24,110 bases of DNA. It comes from a virus. Taxonomy: Duplodnaviria; Caudoviricetes. Each line of letters opens with the position of its first letter. Positions within the stretch are counted from its first letter, which is position 1. Made by a program: the position numbers and the translations under genes. The notes beneath the pieces were generated by a model, which was not told the origin of the DNA, ran no database searches, and saw only the letters and a program-made list of their open reading frames with translations. Below, piece by piece: positions 8,729-16,911 of the stretch. The DNA lies in IMG/VR virus record IMGVR_UViG_3300043414_001006, positions 1 to 24,110 of that record. The stretch is one strand, 5' to 3'.

Positions 8729-9360
8729 TCGAAGGGTACCGCAGAATTCACGGCGGCCACTGGTGGCAAGAGGAACGCACCGGCCAAAGTCCATCGTATG
8801 ACCTCGCGTACGTAAAGGAGCGCTACGACACCTACACCACTACTCAGGCTATGAGCGCACTGCGCTACGATATTATCCGCGCCTACTTTGGCAGTTTTTC
8901 CAGCGTGCTCGATGTGGGCTACGGCAACGGAGATTTTCTGCGCTACTGCCATGCCCGTAATCACCAGGCGTTCGGCTACGACATCAGCGGTTATCCTTTA
9001 CCCGCCGGAGTGGAAAGAAGCGAAACCATGTCCAAGTCAGTCAGCATCGTCAGCTTCTTCGACAGCCTAGAACACTTTGAGGATGCGGATCTAAGTGGAA
9101 CCCTTCGCGGCCTGCGAGCTGAGGCCGTCGTCATCTCATGCCCGCTTCTTCACGAAACGGCTGGGGCAGATTCTTTTCGCGATTGGAAACACCGCCGGCC
9201 TAACGAGCATTACCACCACTTTAACGAACGCGGCCTGCGCACCCTTCTTTCCTATTCGGACTACACCGTCACTTGGACGGGATGCCCGGAGGATCAGATC
9301 CGTGGCGTACTACCTGACGGAAAGGCGAACATCATCACCGTCATCGCCGAACGTAATTGA
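8725..9360 (+). CDS. Class I SAM-dependent methyltransferase
   Basis: Motif I VLDVGYGNGDFL, GYDIS and FFDSLEHF; GTGA overlap with the upstream gene. Confidence 0.88.
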   Translation: MIEGYRRIHGGHWWQEERTGQSPSYDLAYVKERYDTYTTTQAMSALRYDIIRAYFGSFSSVLDVGYGNGDFLRYCHARNHQAFGYDISGYPLPAGVERSETMSKSVSIVSFFDSLEHFEDADLSGTLRGLRAEAVVISCPLLHETAGADSFRDWKHRRPNEHYHHFNERGLRTLLSYSDYTVTWTGCPEDQIRGVLPDGKANIITVIAERN

Positions 9361-10022
9361 AAACCATCGTCTACCACCAACGCCTTGGCGACGTGTTGCA
9401 ATGTCTTCCCGCTGCTCGCTACCTAGCGCAAACCGACGAAGTGCAGATCGAGTGCCTGCCACAATATAAAGGCGTGCTCGATCTTGTTTCCTACGCCACT
9501 TGGGTGGCGCCAGGACAAGGGGCAGGGGAACGGATCGAATTAGAGATCTGGCCAAAAAGATATAACGATTACCGCGCCTCTGGATTGTCTTGGATGGATT
9601 TTGTTTACCAGCACCCAGCGATCGCAGCCGCCGATCGCCGGATCGTGCTCGATCGCGTCCCAGACGGTCCGCCGCCCGGCCTGCCAGATCAGTATAACCT
9701 GCTAGCGCCTATGGGTATTAGCCAAGCGTGGAATTACCCAACCTTAGATATCCAGCTTAAGGCGGAAGAACTCATGGGCGATTATCTGATAATGTGCGAA
9801 AAACAGTACTACTTCCACAGGCGTCACTGGACTGCGGACAACGTAGTCCAAATGGCACAAGCCATTAAACACGCAGACAAGTTTATGACGATTAACTCAT
9901 CGCCGGTCGTACTGGCCTCCGCCTTGCGTCAGAATCGCCCAACTTATTTTCTTCCTCAAAAAGAACAGTGGGCCCAAGACAACGTCGCTCCGTGGCCTGG
10001 GCGCGTTGACGTGGAGCTCTAA
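9357..10022 (+). CDS. GT-B fold glycosyltransferase, GT9 (heptosyltransferase)-like
   Basis: N-terminal RLGDVLQCLP and C-terminal INSSPVVLASAL resemble the GT9 LGD..P and DSGP.HLA.A motifs; TTG start overlapping the previous gene. Confidence 0.7.
   Translation: MKTIVYHQRLGDVLQCLPAARYLAQTDEVQIECLPQYKGVLDLVSYATWVAPGQGAGERIELEIWPKRYNDYRASGLSWMDFVYQHPAIAAADRRIVLDRVPDGPPPGLPDQYNLLAPMGISQAWNYPTLDIQLKAEELMGDYLIMCEKQYYFHRRHWTADNVVQMAQAIKHADKFMTINSSPVVLASALRQNRPTYFLPQKEQWAQDNVAPWPGRVDVEL
10006..10011 (+). promoter_or_regulatory. TTGACG variant of start-proximal motif, 14 nt before ATG 10026
   Basis: TTGACG-tggagctctaatct-ATG. Confidence 0.55.
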
Positions 10023-10025
10023 TCT

Positions 10026-10472
10026 ATGCCCGCCGTCACCATGCTCGATCGTTTAATTGAAGCTGCTTTCAAAGAGCTGATCTCACCCGTAGTTACCGCT
10101 CCTACCTACCACCTTTCCCACGATCAATCGGAGAACATGCCTCCGTCCATCGTGATTAAAGCGTCCATGGGCTCAGAGGAACCCGTGCGCGGCAGTGGCG
10201 TATTCAGCATCCCAGTAGAAATCATCTTTGAAGAAAGTTACGATGACGCCACCCCCGCCTCCCACAGCGCCCAGTGCAGCCAGATCCTGCAGTGCTTTTA
10301 TGATTCCACCAATCTCTCGGCTAGGCTTAACGCCACCACCGCCATCGGCTCAGCCCGCACCTACTCCGCTAAGTTAGAATCTAGCGAGGCCAGTGCCAAC
10401 AATGAGGAGCGCAATTACACCCAAAACTATAAGCTCACCGTCATCGCCTACCCGAATTCCACTGCCAGTTGA
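10026..10472 (+). CDS. Putative tail terminator / tail completion protein
   Basis: 148 aa directly upstream of the tail tube candidate; P.IVI segment; synteny. Confidence 0.55.
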   Translation: MPAVTMLDRLIEAAFKELISPVVTAPTYHLSHDQSENMPPSIVIKASMGSEEPVRGSGVFSIPVEIIFEESYDDATPASHSAQCSQILQCFYDSTNLSARLNATTAIGSARTYSAKLESSEASANNEERNYTQNYKLTVIAYPNSTAS

Positions 10473-10474
10473 CA
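10469..10474 (+). promoter_or_regulatory. TTGACA motif, 16 nt before ATG 10491
   Basis: TTGACA-ccaataaaagaacatt-ATG; the motif contains the upstream TGA stop. Confidence 0.65.
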
Positions 10475-10490
10475 CCAATAAAAGAACATT

Positions 10491-10838
10491 ATGGCAGCAA
10501 CAACAATCGGAACGAGCGGCTTAAGCTTTGGTATCACAGCAGAATCTGGCGGTCTAGTTCAGTCCTTTACGGAAGCACGTAACATCCAGCGAGCAGAAGT
10601 GCGCAACGCCTCGGGCGAGGTGGTCGGCGCAGCCATGTATAACCCCACAGATACCTTTACCTTTACCACCACCATCACAGGCGCCTACGCCACTACGGCC
10701 GGCGCAGTAATCACCACCCTAGCCAATGCCACCAGCACGGGCGGGAAAATGATCATCGATTCAGTCACGACGAATAAAAGCTCAGATGGATTCGTCACCG
10801 TGAACGTCTCCGTCACCCGCTTCCCTAACATGTCCTAA
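10491..10838 (+). CDS. Putative tail tube (major tail) protein
   Basis: 115 aa Thr/Gly-rich beta protein followed by a hairpin and then the chaperone region. Confidence 0.65.
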   Translation: MAATTIGTSGLSFGITAESGGLVQSFTEARNIQRAEVRNASGEVVGAAMYNPTDTFTFTTTITGAYATTAGAVITTLANATSTGGKMIIDSVTTNKSSDGFVTVNVSVTRFPNMS

Positions 10839-10839
10839 C

Positions 10840-10862
10840 TTCCCTTGCGGGAACGAAATCCT
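10840..10862 (+). promoter_or_regulatory. Stem-loop plus GAAATCCT element after tail tube gene
   Basis: TTCCC-TTGC-GGGAA followed by CGAAATCCT, 7 nt before ATG 10870. Confidence 0.7.
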
Positions 10863-10869
10863 CTTATTT

Positions 10870-11241
10870 ATGATCGAGACATTTTGGGGAACCACAAATT
10901 TAAAAGTAGCTGCCGCTGTGGCTACTTATGGGGCGGTGCTCCGGCCGGTCGATCCCGTCACCTGCATTGTGAAAGACGGCCGGCGCCAGTTTACCTTTTG
11001 GTTTAATGATTCTGGCACGGGTAACGCTAAGGAGGAAATGGAGTGCGGCTGGGCCCAGATGCAGTCAGAACCAGAGGCGGCCATTCGCTACATCAGAGCC
11101 GCCCTTGAGAATCGTGAAACATTGCTTGGCCTAATGAAACGGGCGGAACCTATCACCGCCATCAAGCGGGGCGAGCAAACCCTTCTAGTCAGCGAACGGG
11201 CAAAACCAGAACTCAAGAGGGCACTCCTCAATAAAATGTAA
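10870..11241 (+). CDS. Hypothetical protein in tail module
   Basis: 123 aa ORF whose stop overlaps the next ATG (TAATG). Confidence 0.8.
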   Translation: MIETFWGTTNLKVAAAVATYGAVLRPVDPVTCIVKDGRRQFTFWFNDSGTGNAKEEMECGWAQMQSEPEAAIRYIRAALENRETLLGLMKRAEPITAIKRGEQTLLVSERAKPELKRALLNKM

Positions 11242-11624
11242 TGGACGACAACTCTTTAGATCTGGAACTAAACAACGCCTTTATCAGCCCCGCAAAAACG
11301 TGGCAGGGGCAAGAGCTGGCGCCCTACACCGAGGGATCTCGGCTTATCATGAGCCAAGTACGCAACAAAGAAGACAGCGGGATGTATTTCATCTACTCCT
11401 TTTTATTCATTCACTTGGAACTCAAGAAAGATCGTAAGGCACTACTTCGCCTGGCGTGGAATGTGGAGGAGTTTAGATCCCGCGTCATGGACTTTGCCTG
11501 CACCATAAAAAACAGCGAGGCGGCAACTGCCTTTGTCTCGGCCATTTTTGACGAAGCCTCTTTAGCTCAGTATGAGATAGTCGACAACACGGGCGGCCTG
11601 TTGGCTCCACCGGGAAACGCCTGA
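11241..11624 (+). CDS. Tail assembly chaperone (gpG-like)
   Basis: Ends in a G-GGA-AAC slippery heptamer one codon before the stop; lies upstream of the tape measure. Confidence 0.8.
   Translation: MDDNSLDLELNNAFISPAKTWQGQELAPYTEGSRLIMSQVRNKEDSGMYFIYSFLFIHLELKKDRKALLRLAWNVEEFRSRVMDFACTIKNSEAATAFVSAIFDEASLAQYEIVDNTGGLLAPPGNA
11612..11618 (+). other. Programmed -1 ribosomal frameshift site GGGAAAC
   Basis: X-XXY-YYZ in the correct phase (CCG GGA AAC GCC TGA); the -1 frame is open (CGC CTG ACG CCA GCG AAC GCC GCC ATG) into ORF 11642-11824. Confidence 0.85.
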
Positions 11625-11824
11625 CGCCAGCGAACGCCGCCATGGGCGCCTTTCCGCTGGCTCAAGAGTTTGGCTGGTCCTTTGAATATATTCTTTGGGA
11701 TCTGCCCTTAAGCCTGTTTCACCAGGCTCACTCTTGGCTTTTCTGGAAGAAAGGAATTCCTATGCGATATTTTTATAAGAGCGAAGAGGACAGGGATGAC
11801 ATAGCTCGCCTGCTTGGAATATGA
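11618..11824 (+). CDS. C-terminal part of the frameshifted chaperone (gpT-like)
   Basis: In the -1 frame relative to 11241; GWSFEYILWDLP segment resembles gpT-type extensions. Confidence 0.75.
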   Translation, partial: RLTPANAAMGAFPLAQEFGWSFEYILWDLPLSLFHQAHSWLFWKKGIPMRYFYKSEEDRDDIARLLGI

Positions 11825-12618
11825 CTGCCAATAAATTTACCGTAGATAGCGCCATGGCCGCACTGCGCACCGAGATGAAGGACTATCTGGCCTACACCTC
11901 CAAGAGCGTAGAGGAAGCACTGGCCCACACCGCCCGCAAAGTAATCCTAGGCTCAGGCGGCGGAGACTACGGAAATAGGAGAGAGGGACTTTATGGCCTC
12001 ACCCGGTCCCTTGCTTTTAATAAACGCACAGAAATTGATTCCATGATGCAGGCTAAAAACTATCGGATCAAACGCATCTACTCCAGCAGAGTAACTGGCG
12101 GGATGGGCGCCCCCCTTGTCGGAGCTAAGGGATTAAGTGGCAAAATGTATCGGTCGGCAGACAGCGCAAACTACAAAAAGCAGACGGCCGCTATGTTTGC
12201 TAAAGGGATTTTAACCAGGGCAAAAGGCACCAAGGAAATCGTCTACACCAGAAAAAAGGATATTGATTACAGCACTAGCGAGGCCATGCGTCGTTTTAAG
12301 TTTTCACGGTTCCTTTCCGTTGGATGGTTGCCCGCCACCTACGTCTGGAAAAATGTTTGGAAAACGGGCCAAGTTAAAACATCCGCCCTTAAGCCTAACG
12401 CTTCCAAGTATGGATCGATTAGTTTTTCGGGTAACGACTACAGCTTTGCCGTCGTTATCACCAACCTCCTACCGGGCTTTGGTGTGGTAGATAAAAAGTA
12501 CGGCATCGTAGCTAATGCGCTGGCCAACACCGCCCAAGACATCCGCACCTATCTTGCGGGCAAATTTAGTTTCCGTAGGGATTGGAAGTTTATTAAAGGC
12601 CAACCGGTAATGGCATGA
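11821..12618 (+). CDS. Basic hypothetical protein, possibly neck/tail completion
   Basis: 265 aa Lys/Arg-rich ORF with ATGA overlaps at both ends; function unresolved. Confidence 0.7.
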   Translation: MTANKFTVDSAMAALRTEMKDYLAYTSKSVEEALAHTARKVILGSGGGDYGNRREGLYGLTRSLAFNKRTEIDSMMQAKNYRIKRIYSSRVTGGMGAPLVGAKGLSGKMYRSADSANYKKQTAAMFAKGILTRAKGTKEIVYTRKKDIDYSTSEAMRRFKFSRFLSVGWLPATYVWKNVWKTGQVKTSALKPNASKYGSISFSGNDYSFAVVITNLLPGFGVVDKKYGIVANALANTAQDIRTYLAGKFSFRRDWKFIKGQPVMA

Positions 12619-14006
12619 GCGCAACCATTAGAATAGATGCAGAGGGATCGGCCCCAGAATTTGCGGATAGGGTAGCAGGCTCATTCGATCGCCTTTCCTT
12701 GTCTGAGGGGAAGGTTAAGGGGGCGATGCGAGGGATCGGTCAAGCGCTTGACGGCGCCACTAGCGCGGCCGAGCTAGCCACCAGAGGCGCGGATGTATTG
12801 GCGGATAAGCTGGTTAAGGGAGTGGGTGGTGCGGCCGCCGTCGGGGCGGGTAAGCTGATTGCGGATGCCATGCGTAGGGTAGGGGCGGATCTTACGGCCG
12901 CCGCAGAATCGGCTAGCGCAGCGTCCAAGTCCTTTAACGCCTTAGACTTTAAAAGCGCCATCGCCTCCTCCGCTCAAATGAGCGCGGCCATTGATAAGAT
13001 CAGGGCCAGCGCAGACGCCATTCGTGAGTCACCTAATCCTTTTGTTCGGATGGCTAACGAATACTATCACGCAGCAGACGCTATGGACGAGCTGGCCGCG
13101 GCCACAGAGCGCGAGAGGCAGGCACTCCTTGGCCTAGCCGCTCAGCAAGATCGTATGTCGGCAGAAGCTAAGGTGGGCAAGACACCTGGGCAACGTGCAG
13201 AGATCGATCGCCTAGCACAGAACAAAAAAGAGCTAGATCAAGCGGGTGCAATCTCAGATCCCGCCACCCGCGCCAGAGCTCAAGCAGATATCGCCAGGCG
13301 CCAGGCGGCTGAGGAACAAATCAAAGAAGACGATCGACACGCAAAATCTGTCGCTGAAGTGGGCAAAGAAGCGGCTATCCAAGACGAAAAGATTAGAGAT
13401 GCAGCCGCTAAGGGCGATGCGGAAGCTCAGAAACTTGTCGATGAGTTTGACGCCAAGAAAGCCGCAGAGGCACAGAAGGCGCAGGAAGAGGCAGACAAGG
13501 CAGCAAAAGAACAGGCGCCTAAACCGTCCTACGGTGGAGGAACATCAGGTGGAGTGCCTTCCGGCATGTCCTCGCGCGACGTGGCGAATCAATCTGATTA
13601 CGGTCGCCAGTTAAACCAGCAGAGCGATAAAGCAACTCAGAGGGCTATTAAGGCGGAAAACGCTAGAGACGCCCAGCAATCCTTAGATTCCACTAAGGAA
13701 CAGATTCGCAAAGAACGCACTGAAGCGGACAAATACCAAAACCACAAAGACGATCAAATCAGCAACACAGAGGCGTTAAACAGGCAGAGAAAAGACAGAG
13801 AGGAAGCAGAAAAAAAAGCCAGGGAAGAACAAAAAAAAGGAAGCGGCAAAGGAGAGGCCGGAACTGCAGGAGGCAAGAGCAAGGGCGAGGGCGATAAGGG
13901 CGCCGATAAGGGCGGAGCCGATAGCGGCGACAAAGGACTTAATGAAATTTACAACCTCCTAGATGACAACCTCAAAGAGATGCGTACCTACGCTTTTGTG
14001 AAGTAA
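12615..14006 (+). CDS. Tape measure-like protein (short)
   Basis: 463 aa, Ala-rich helical, begins MSATIRIDAEG, charged coiled-coil C-terminal half; downstream of the frameshifted chaperone. Confidence 0.7.
   Translation: MSATIRIDAEGSAPEFADRVAGSFDRLSLSEGKVKGAMRGIGQALDGATSAAELATRGADVLADKLVKGVGGAAAVGAGKLIADAMRRVGADLTAAAESASAASKSFNALDFKSAIASSAQMSAAIDKIRASADAIRESPNPFVRMANEYYHAADAMDELAAATERERQALLGLAAQQDRMSAEAKVGKTPGQRAEIDRLAQNKKELDQAGAISDPATRARAQADIARRQAAEEQIKEDDRHAKSVAEVGKEAAIQDEKIRDAAAKGDAEAQKLVDEFDAKKAAEAQKAQEEADKAAKEQAPKPSYGGGTSGGVPSGMSSRDVANQSDYGRQLNQQSDKATQRAIKAENARDAQQSLDSTKEQIRKERTEADKYQNHKDDQISNTEALNRQRKDREEAEKKAREEQKKGSGKGEAGTAGGKSKGEGDKGADKGGADSGDKGLNEIYNLLDDNLKEMRTYAFVK
13890..13937 (+). 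repeat. Short (G/A)DKG repeats in tape measure C-terminus
   Basis: GDKGADKGGADSGDKG encoded by repeated CGATAAGGGCG-like units. Confidence 0.55.
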
Positions 14007-14010
14007 TTAT

Positions 14011-14784
14011 ATGGCAACTTCAATTCTCGGAACATTTCCCATCCTTAACCACAAAAAGTCTCAAACAGACGAGTATGGTTTCGATTACGTGACGTATCAA
14101 TACACCATCAAGACGTCAGACTTGGAAAGTTATAGCATAAAAAAAGACGATGAATTTTACGGATTCAGTTCGTTGGGCTCAATTATTTCCACAAAAACCC
14201 TAGCCACTGGATTAACCTACGTTGTGGAAAGTGTAGACACAAAAAATACATCAGGCGGATTAACCGAGCTGGTCGTGCAGACAGTTGGCTCAAAAAATAC
14301 CGCAGAAAATAACACGCCAAGAGTTTCAATTATTTCGGGTGGGCCACTCATATTCGGATTAGCCGGAACACTTCCGTCTAGTGCAGAAGCAGGCGAGTAC
14401 GGCGTTGCTGGTGCTGGTCAAACCGTAGAGGTAAAATTCCTTGCTAGCGGCGGAGCCTCCGGACAGCAAGCGGTCTTGACGCAATATATCGGATCTTTAA
14501 TGCCTACTGCCTTTCGAGGAATAAGCCTACCAGTTCCAACAAGAGGCCCTGGGCCTTTTGGTAATCAAACAACTTATGAAACAGTTGATAATGTAGGGAA
14601 TCCAGTATTCAGCTATGCTGGGATTGATGGGAATTATTATGGTTTTCGTTGTCGAACAATTTCAACGGAAAGGCGCGGAAGCCTCATTCTGGTTACCCTG
14701 TTATTTTCAGAGGCTGGAATAAAATTTACATACGGAACAGGCGCCCAAACAACGCTAATATGGAATTTCCCAATCTTTGGGTAG
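14011..14784 (+). CDS. Putative tail tip / baseplate-hub protein
   Basis: 257 aa beta-rich ORF directly after the tape measure; synteny only. Confidence 0.55.
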   Translation: MATSILGTFPILNHKKSQTDEYGFDYVTYQYTIKTSDLESYSIKKDDEFYGFSSLGSIISTKTLATGLTYVVESVDTKNTSGGLTELVVQTVGSKNTAENNTPRVSIISGGPLIFGLAGTLPSSAEAGEYGVAGAGQTVEVKFLASGGASGQQAVLTQYIGSLMPTAFRGISLPVPTRGPGPFGNQTTYETVDNVGNPVFSYAGIDGNYYGFRCRTISTERRGSLILVTLLFSEAGIKFTYGTGAQTTLIWNFPIFG

Positions 14785-14791
14785 AAATATA

Positions 14792-15121
14792 ATGCCACAA
14801 GAACCTAAGCTAGATATGTTGCCAGATAAGGATATGAAACTATCTGGGGCGCATTTTCGCAAAGTAGTAAGGCGGATTGAGTCTATTGTTCCGCTTGCTG
14901 GGGACGGAATAAAGGTAACACCTAAAGATGGTGGCTATGAAATAGAAAACGCCGCACCCGCGCCTTATGGCGCGTGTGGGTTTATTTCGCAAGGCTATGC
15001 ACTTGTCTTTGATACAGTAGATTTAAATGTTTGTAGTAACGGCCAACCAGACGTCCTTACTGTTGTAATACTTGCAGATGGGCGCAACTCTTTTGCTGAG
15101 GTTTGTGAATCAGTGCTCTAG
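14792..15121 (+). CDS. Hypothetical tail-associated protein
   Basis: In-frame ATG 14792 preferred over TTG 14777; PLAGDGIKVT segment. Confidence 0.7.
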   Translation: MPQEPKLDMLPDKDMKLSGAHFRKVVRRIESIVPLAGDGIKVTPKDGGYEIENAAPAPYGACGFISQGYALVFDTVDLNVCSNGQPDVLTVVILADGRNSFAEVCESVL

Positions 15122-15127
15122 GTGACA
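15122..15127 (+). promoter_or_regulatory. GTGACA variant of start-proximal motif, 13 nt before ATG 15141
   Basis: GTGACA-aggtatttaagtt-ATG. Confidence 0.55.
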
Positions 15128-15140
15128 AGGTATTTAAGTT

Positions 15141-16883
15141 ATGGCAAGCAACATTGACATTCTTTTAAACAAATCCAGCGGCCTGCTCCTAGGCGGCTCG
15201 GCCCCCGCTGGTGTCTTGCCAGCCTTTACTAGGAACGATGTCTACCCATTTCGGCTCCGTGTACTAGAGCGCAACGCAGACGGCTCCTACACCGACGCCG
15301 CTCTCTCTAGTCCATCTTTCTCGCTAGGCATCGGTAACATCGACGCGGTGGCCACAGACGGCCAGTTTAAGCTCACCACCACCACCGGCACCTCCACCGC
15401 CATCTCCTTTAACGCCACCACCGCTCAGGTACTTTCAGCCGTCAGCGCAATCGCAGGAAACGTGGGCGTGGTAACCTATGGTAATTCTGGATCGGCCTGG
15501 ATCATCACGGCCGCCACTGCTAACACGGCGCTCAGCTTTGGAGCGCTGCCCTTTACGCTTTTCCCAACTGCGGCCGTCCAGGTCAACACACGAAGAGTCC
15601 CAACCGCCTCCGTCTACGCCCAGCAGATCGTTTCGTTAAGCCGCAACCCTGCCGTCTTTTCTAGTTCATTCACCGCCGTTTCTGGGGATGGCGTTGCCCT
15701 CACAAAAACACAAGATGGCTCGGCATCATTAAACGAGACCTACGCTCTCACTATTGGTAACGATGTTTATGGCGGCTCGTACAGCTTGGCTTATGGCGGC
15801 TACTCGGTGGGGATTGGGTACAATCAGAGTGCGGCTAATGTAACCACCATGCTCTCGGCCGTAACCGGGATCGGGGCTAATAATATATCCGTTGTTAGCG
15901 ATTCAAAGAGGGGTTTGATTATATCTTTTGTAAATGCTTTGGGCCTGCAAAACGTAACTACCGCCCTTACGCTAGATTCCTCAGGCATACAAACTTACAG
16001 CTACTACACCTCCACCGTCACCATGTCTACGAGCGAGATGGAGGAACTATTTAACGAGGCAGGTACGGACACTATCACTCCCACGCTAGAGATTGAAATG
16101 ACGGAGAGTGGTCAAACAAAAACCCTTCTTCAGTACACCACCACAATCAGTAAGGATCTAATTTTAACTGGGGCACTGGTCCCTGCCGATTTGGCGCTGT
16201 ACTACACCGCCGCCCAGGTGAACGCCGGATTCATCGCGGATTCTGGGACGAATGTAAACGCTGCTAACCGTGCTTTAAAATCTTACACTGGCGTCACTGC
16301 CGTGAACTACGGCGGCCGCACCCTAGTGAACAGTTCTGGCGCAAATGTCGTTAGCTTTGCTACTGGCCTAGCCCTTTCTGGTGTGATGGGTTTTTATGGC
16401 AACACGCCCACCGCTCAACCCTCTGGAACAAACATCGTGTCTGGACTTACAAACATTGGCTTAATTTCCTACACCCAGCCTACTGGAACAAACATTGTCT
16501 CTGGACTCACAAACACCGGATTGCTTTTATACACTCAGCCAACGGCAGTTAATGTTGTTTCTGGCCTAATCAATACTGGCTTAATTGCAAGCGGAGTTAG
16601 CTACGGCGTTTTTCCACAATCCTCCTACACCGTCACCACCCTTACCTCCGTTACCTTTGGAACTTTAGCGGGTAACGACCAGCATTATCGAGATGTGGTC
16701 GTGACAGGTGCAACCGTTAATGGGATTGTTTTAGTTGGCTTGCCCTCGGCAGTTTCGGCGGGAGCAATTATTCAGGGTGTAGTTTATCAGACCAATACTG
16801 TCTGTCTATCTTGCGTAAATGCCGATAGTGCCTCGATTGATGTGAACACCGCCACCTACCGCATTACCGTCATCGGTTATTAA
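15141..16883 (+). CDS. Tail fibre / baseplate structural protein
   Basis: 580 aa Thr/Ser/Ala/Gly-rich; two similar segments (TAISFNATTAQV, VGIGYNQSAANV), GFYGNTPTAQP motif and internal 20-aa repeats. Confidence 0.7.
   Translation: MASNIDILLNKSSGLLLGGSAPAGVLPAFTRNDVYPFRLRVLERNADGSYTDAALSSPSFSLGIGNIDAVATDGQFKLTTTTGTSTAISFNATTAQVLSAVSAIAGNVGVVTYGNSGSAWIITAATANTALSFGALPFTLFPTAAVQVNTRRVPTASVYAQQIVSLSRNPAVFSSSFTAVSGDGVALTKTQDGSASLNETYALTIGNDVYGGSYSLAYGGYSVGIGYNQSAANVTTMLSAVTGIGANNISVVSDSKRGLIISFVNALGLQNVTTALTLDSSGIQTYSYYTSTVTMSTSEMEELFNEAGTDTITPTLEIEMTESGQTKTLLQYTTTISKDLILTGALVPADLALYYTAAQVNAGFIADSGTNVNAANRALKSYTGVTAVNYGGRTLVNSSGANVVSFATGLALSGVMGFYGNTPTAQPSGTNIVSGLTNIGLISYTQPTGTNIVSGLTNTGLLLYTQPTAVNVVSGLINTGLIASGVSYGVFPQSSYTVTTLTSVTFGTLAGNDQHYRDVVVTGATVNGIVLVGLPSAVSAGAIIQGVVYQTNTVCLSCVNADSASIDVNTATYRITVIGY
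16410..16588 (+). repeat. Three tandem 60-nt (20-aa) coding repeats
   Basis: QPSGTNIVSGLTNIGLISYT / QPTGTNIVSGLTNTGLLLYT / QPTAVNVVSGLINTGLIA. Confidence 0.9.
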
Positions 16884-16884
16884 C

Positions 16885-16911
16885 TAGGGGCTAGTCCCCT
16901 AACGAAATCCT
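16885..16911 (+). promoter_or_regulatory. Stem-loop plus GAAATCCT element after fibre gene
   Basis: TAGGGG-CTAGT-CCCCTA followed by ACGAAATCCT, abutting ATG 16912. Confidence 0.75.

Noticed and set aside
11621-11644. CTGACG 15 nt before ATG 11642, as another motif copy
   Set aside because: Two mismatches, and the ORF is better explained by the -1 frameshift.
14788-14793. Perfect TATAAT
   Set aside because: Overlaps the ATG at 14792 and has no -35 box at a suitable distance.
15154-15159. TTGACA inside the start of the 15141 gene
   Set aside because: No ATG 13-16 nt downstream and no clear -10 box; counted as the exception to the motif.
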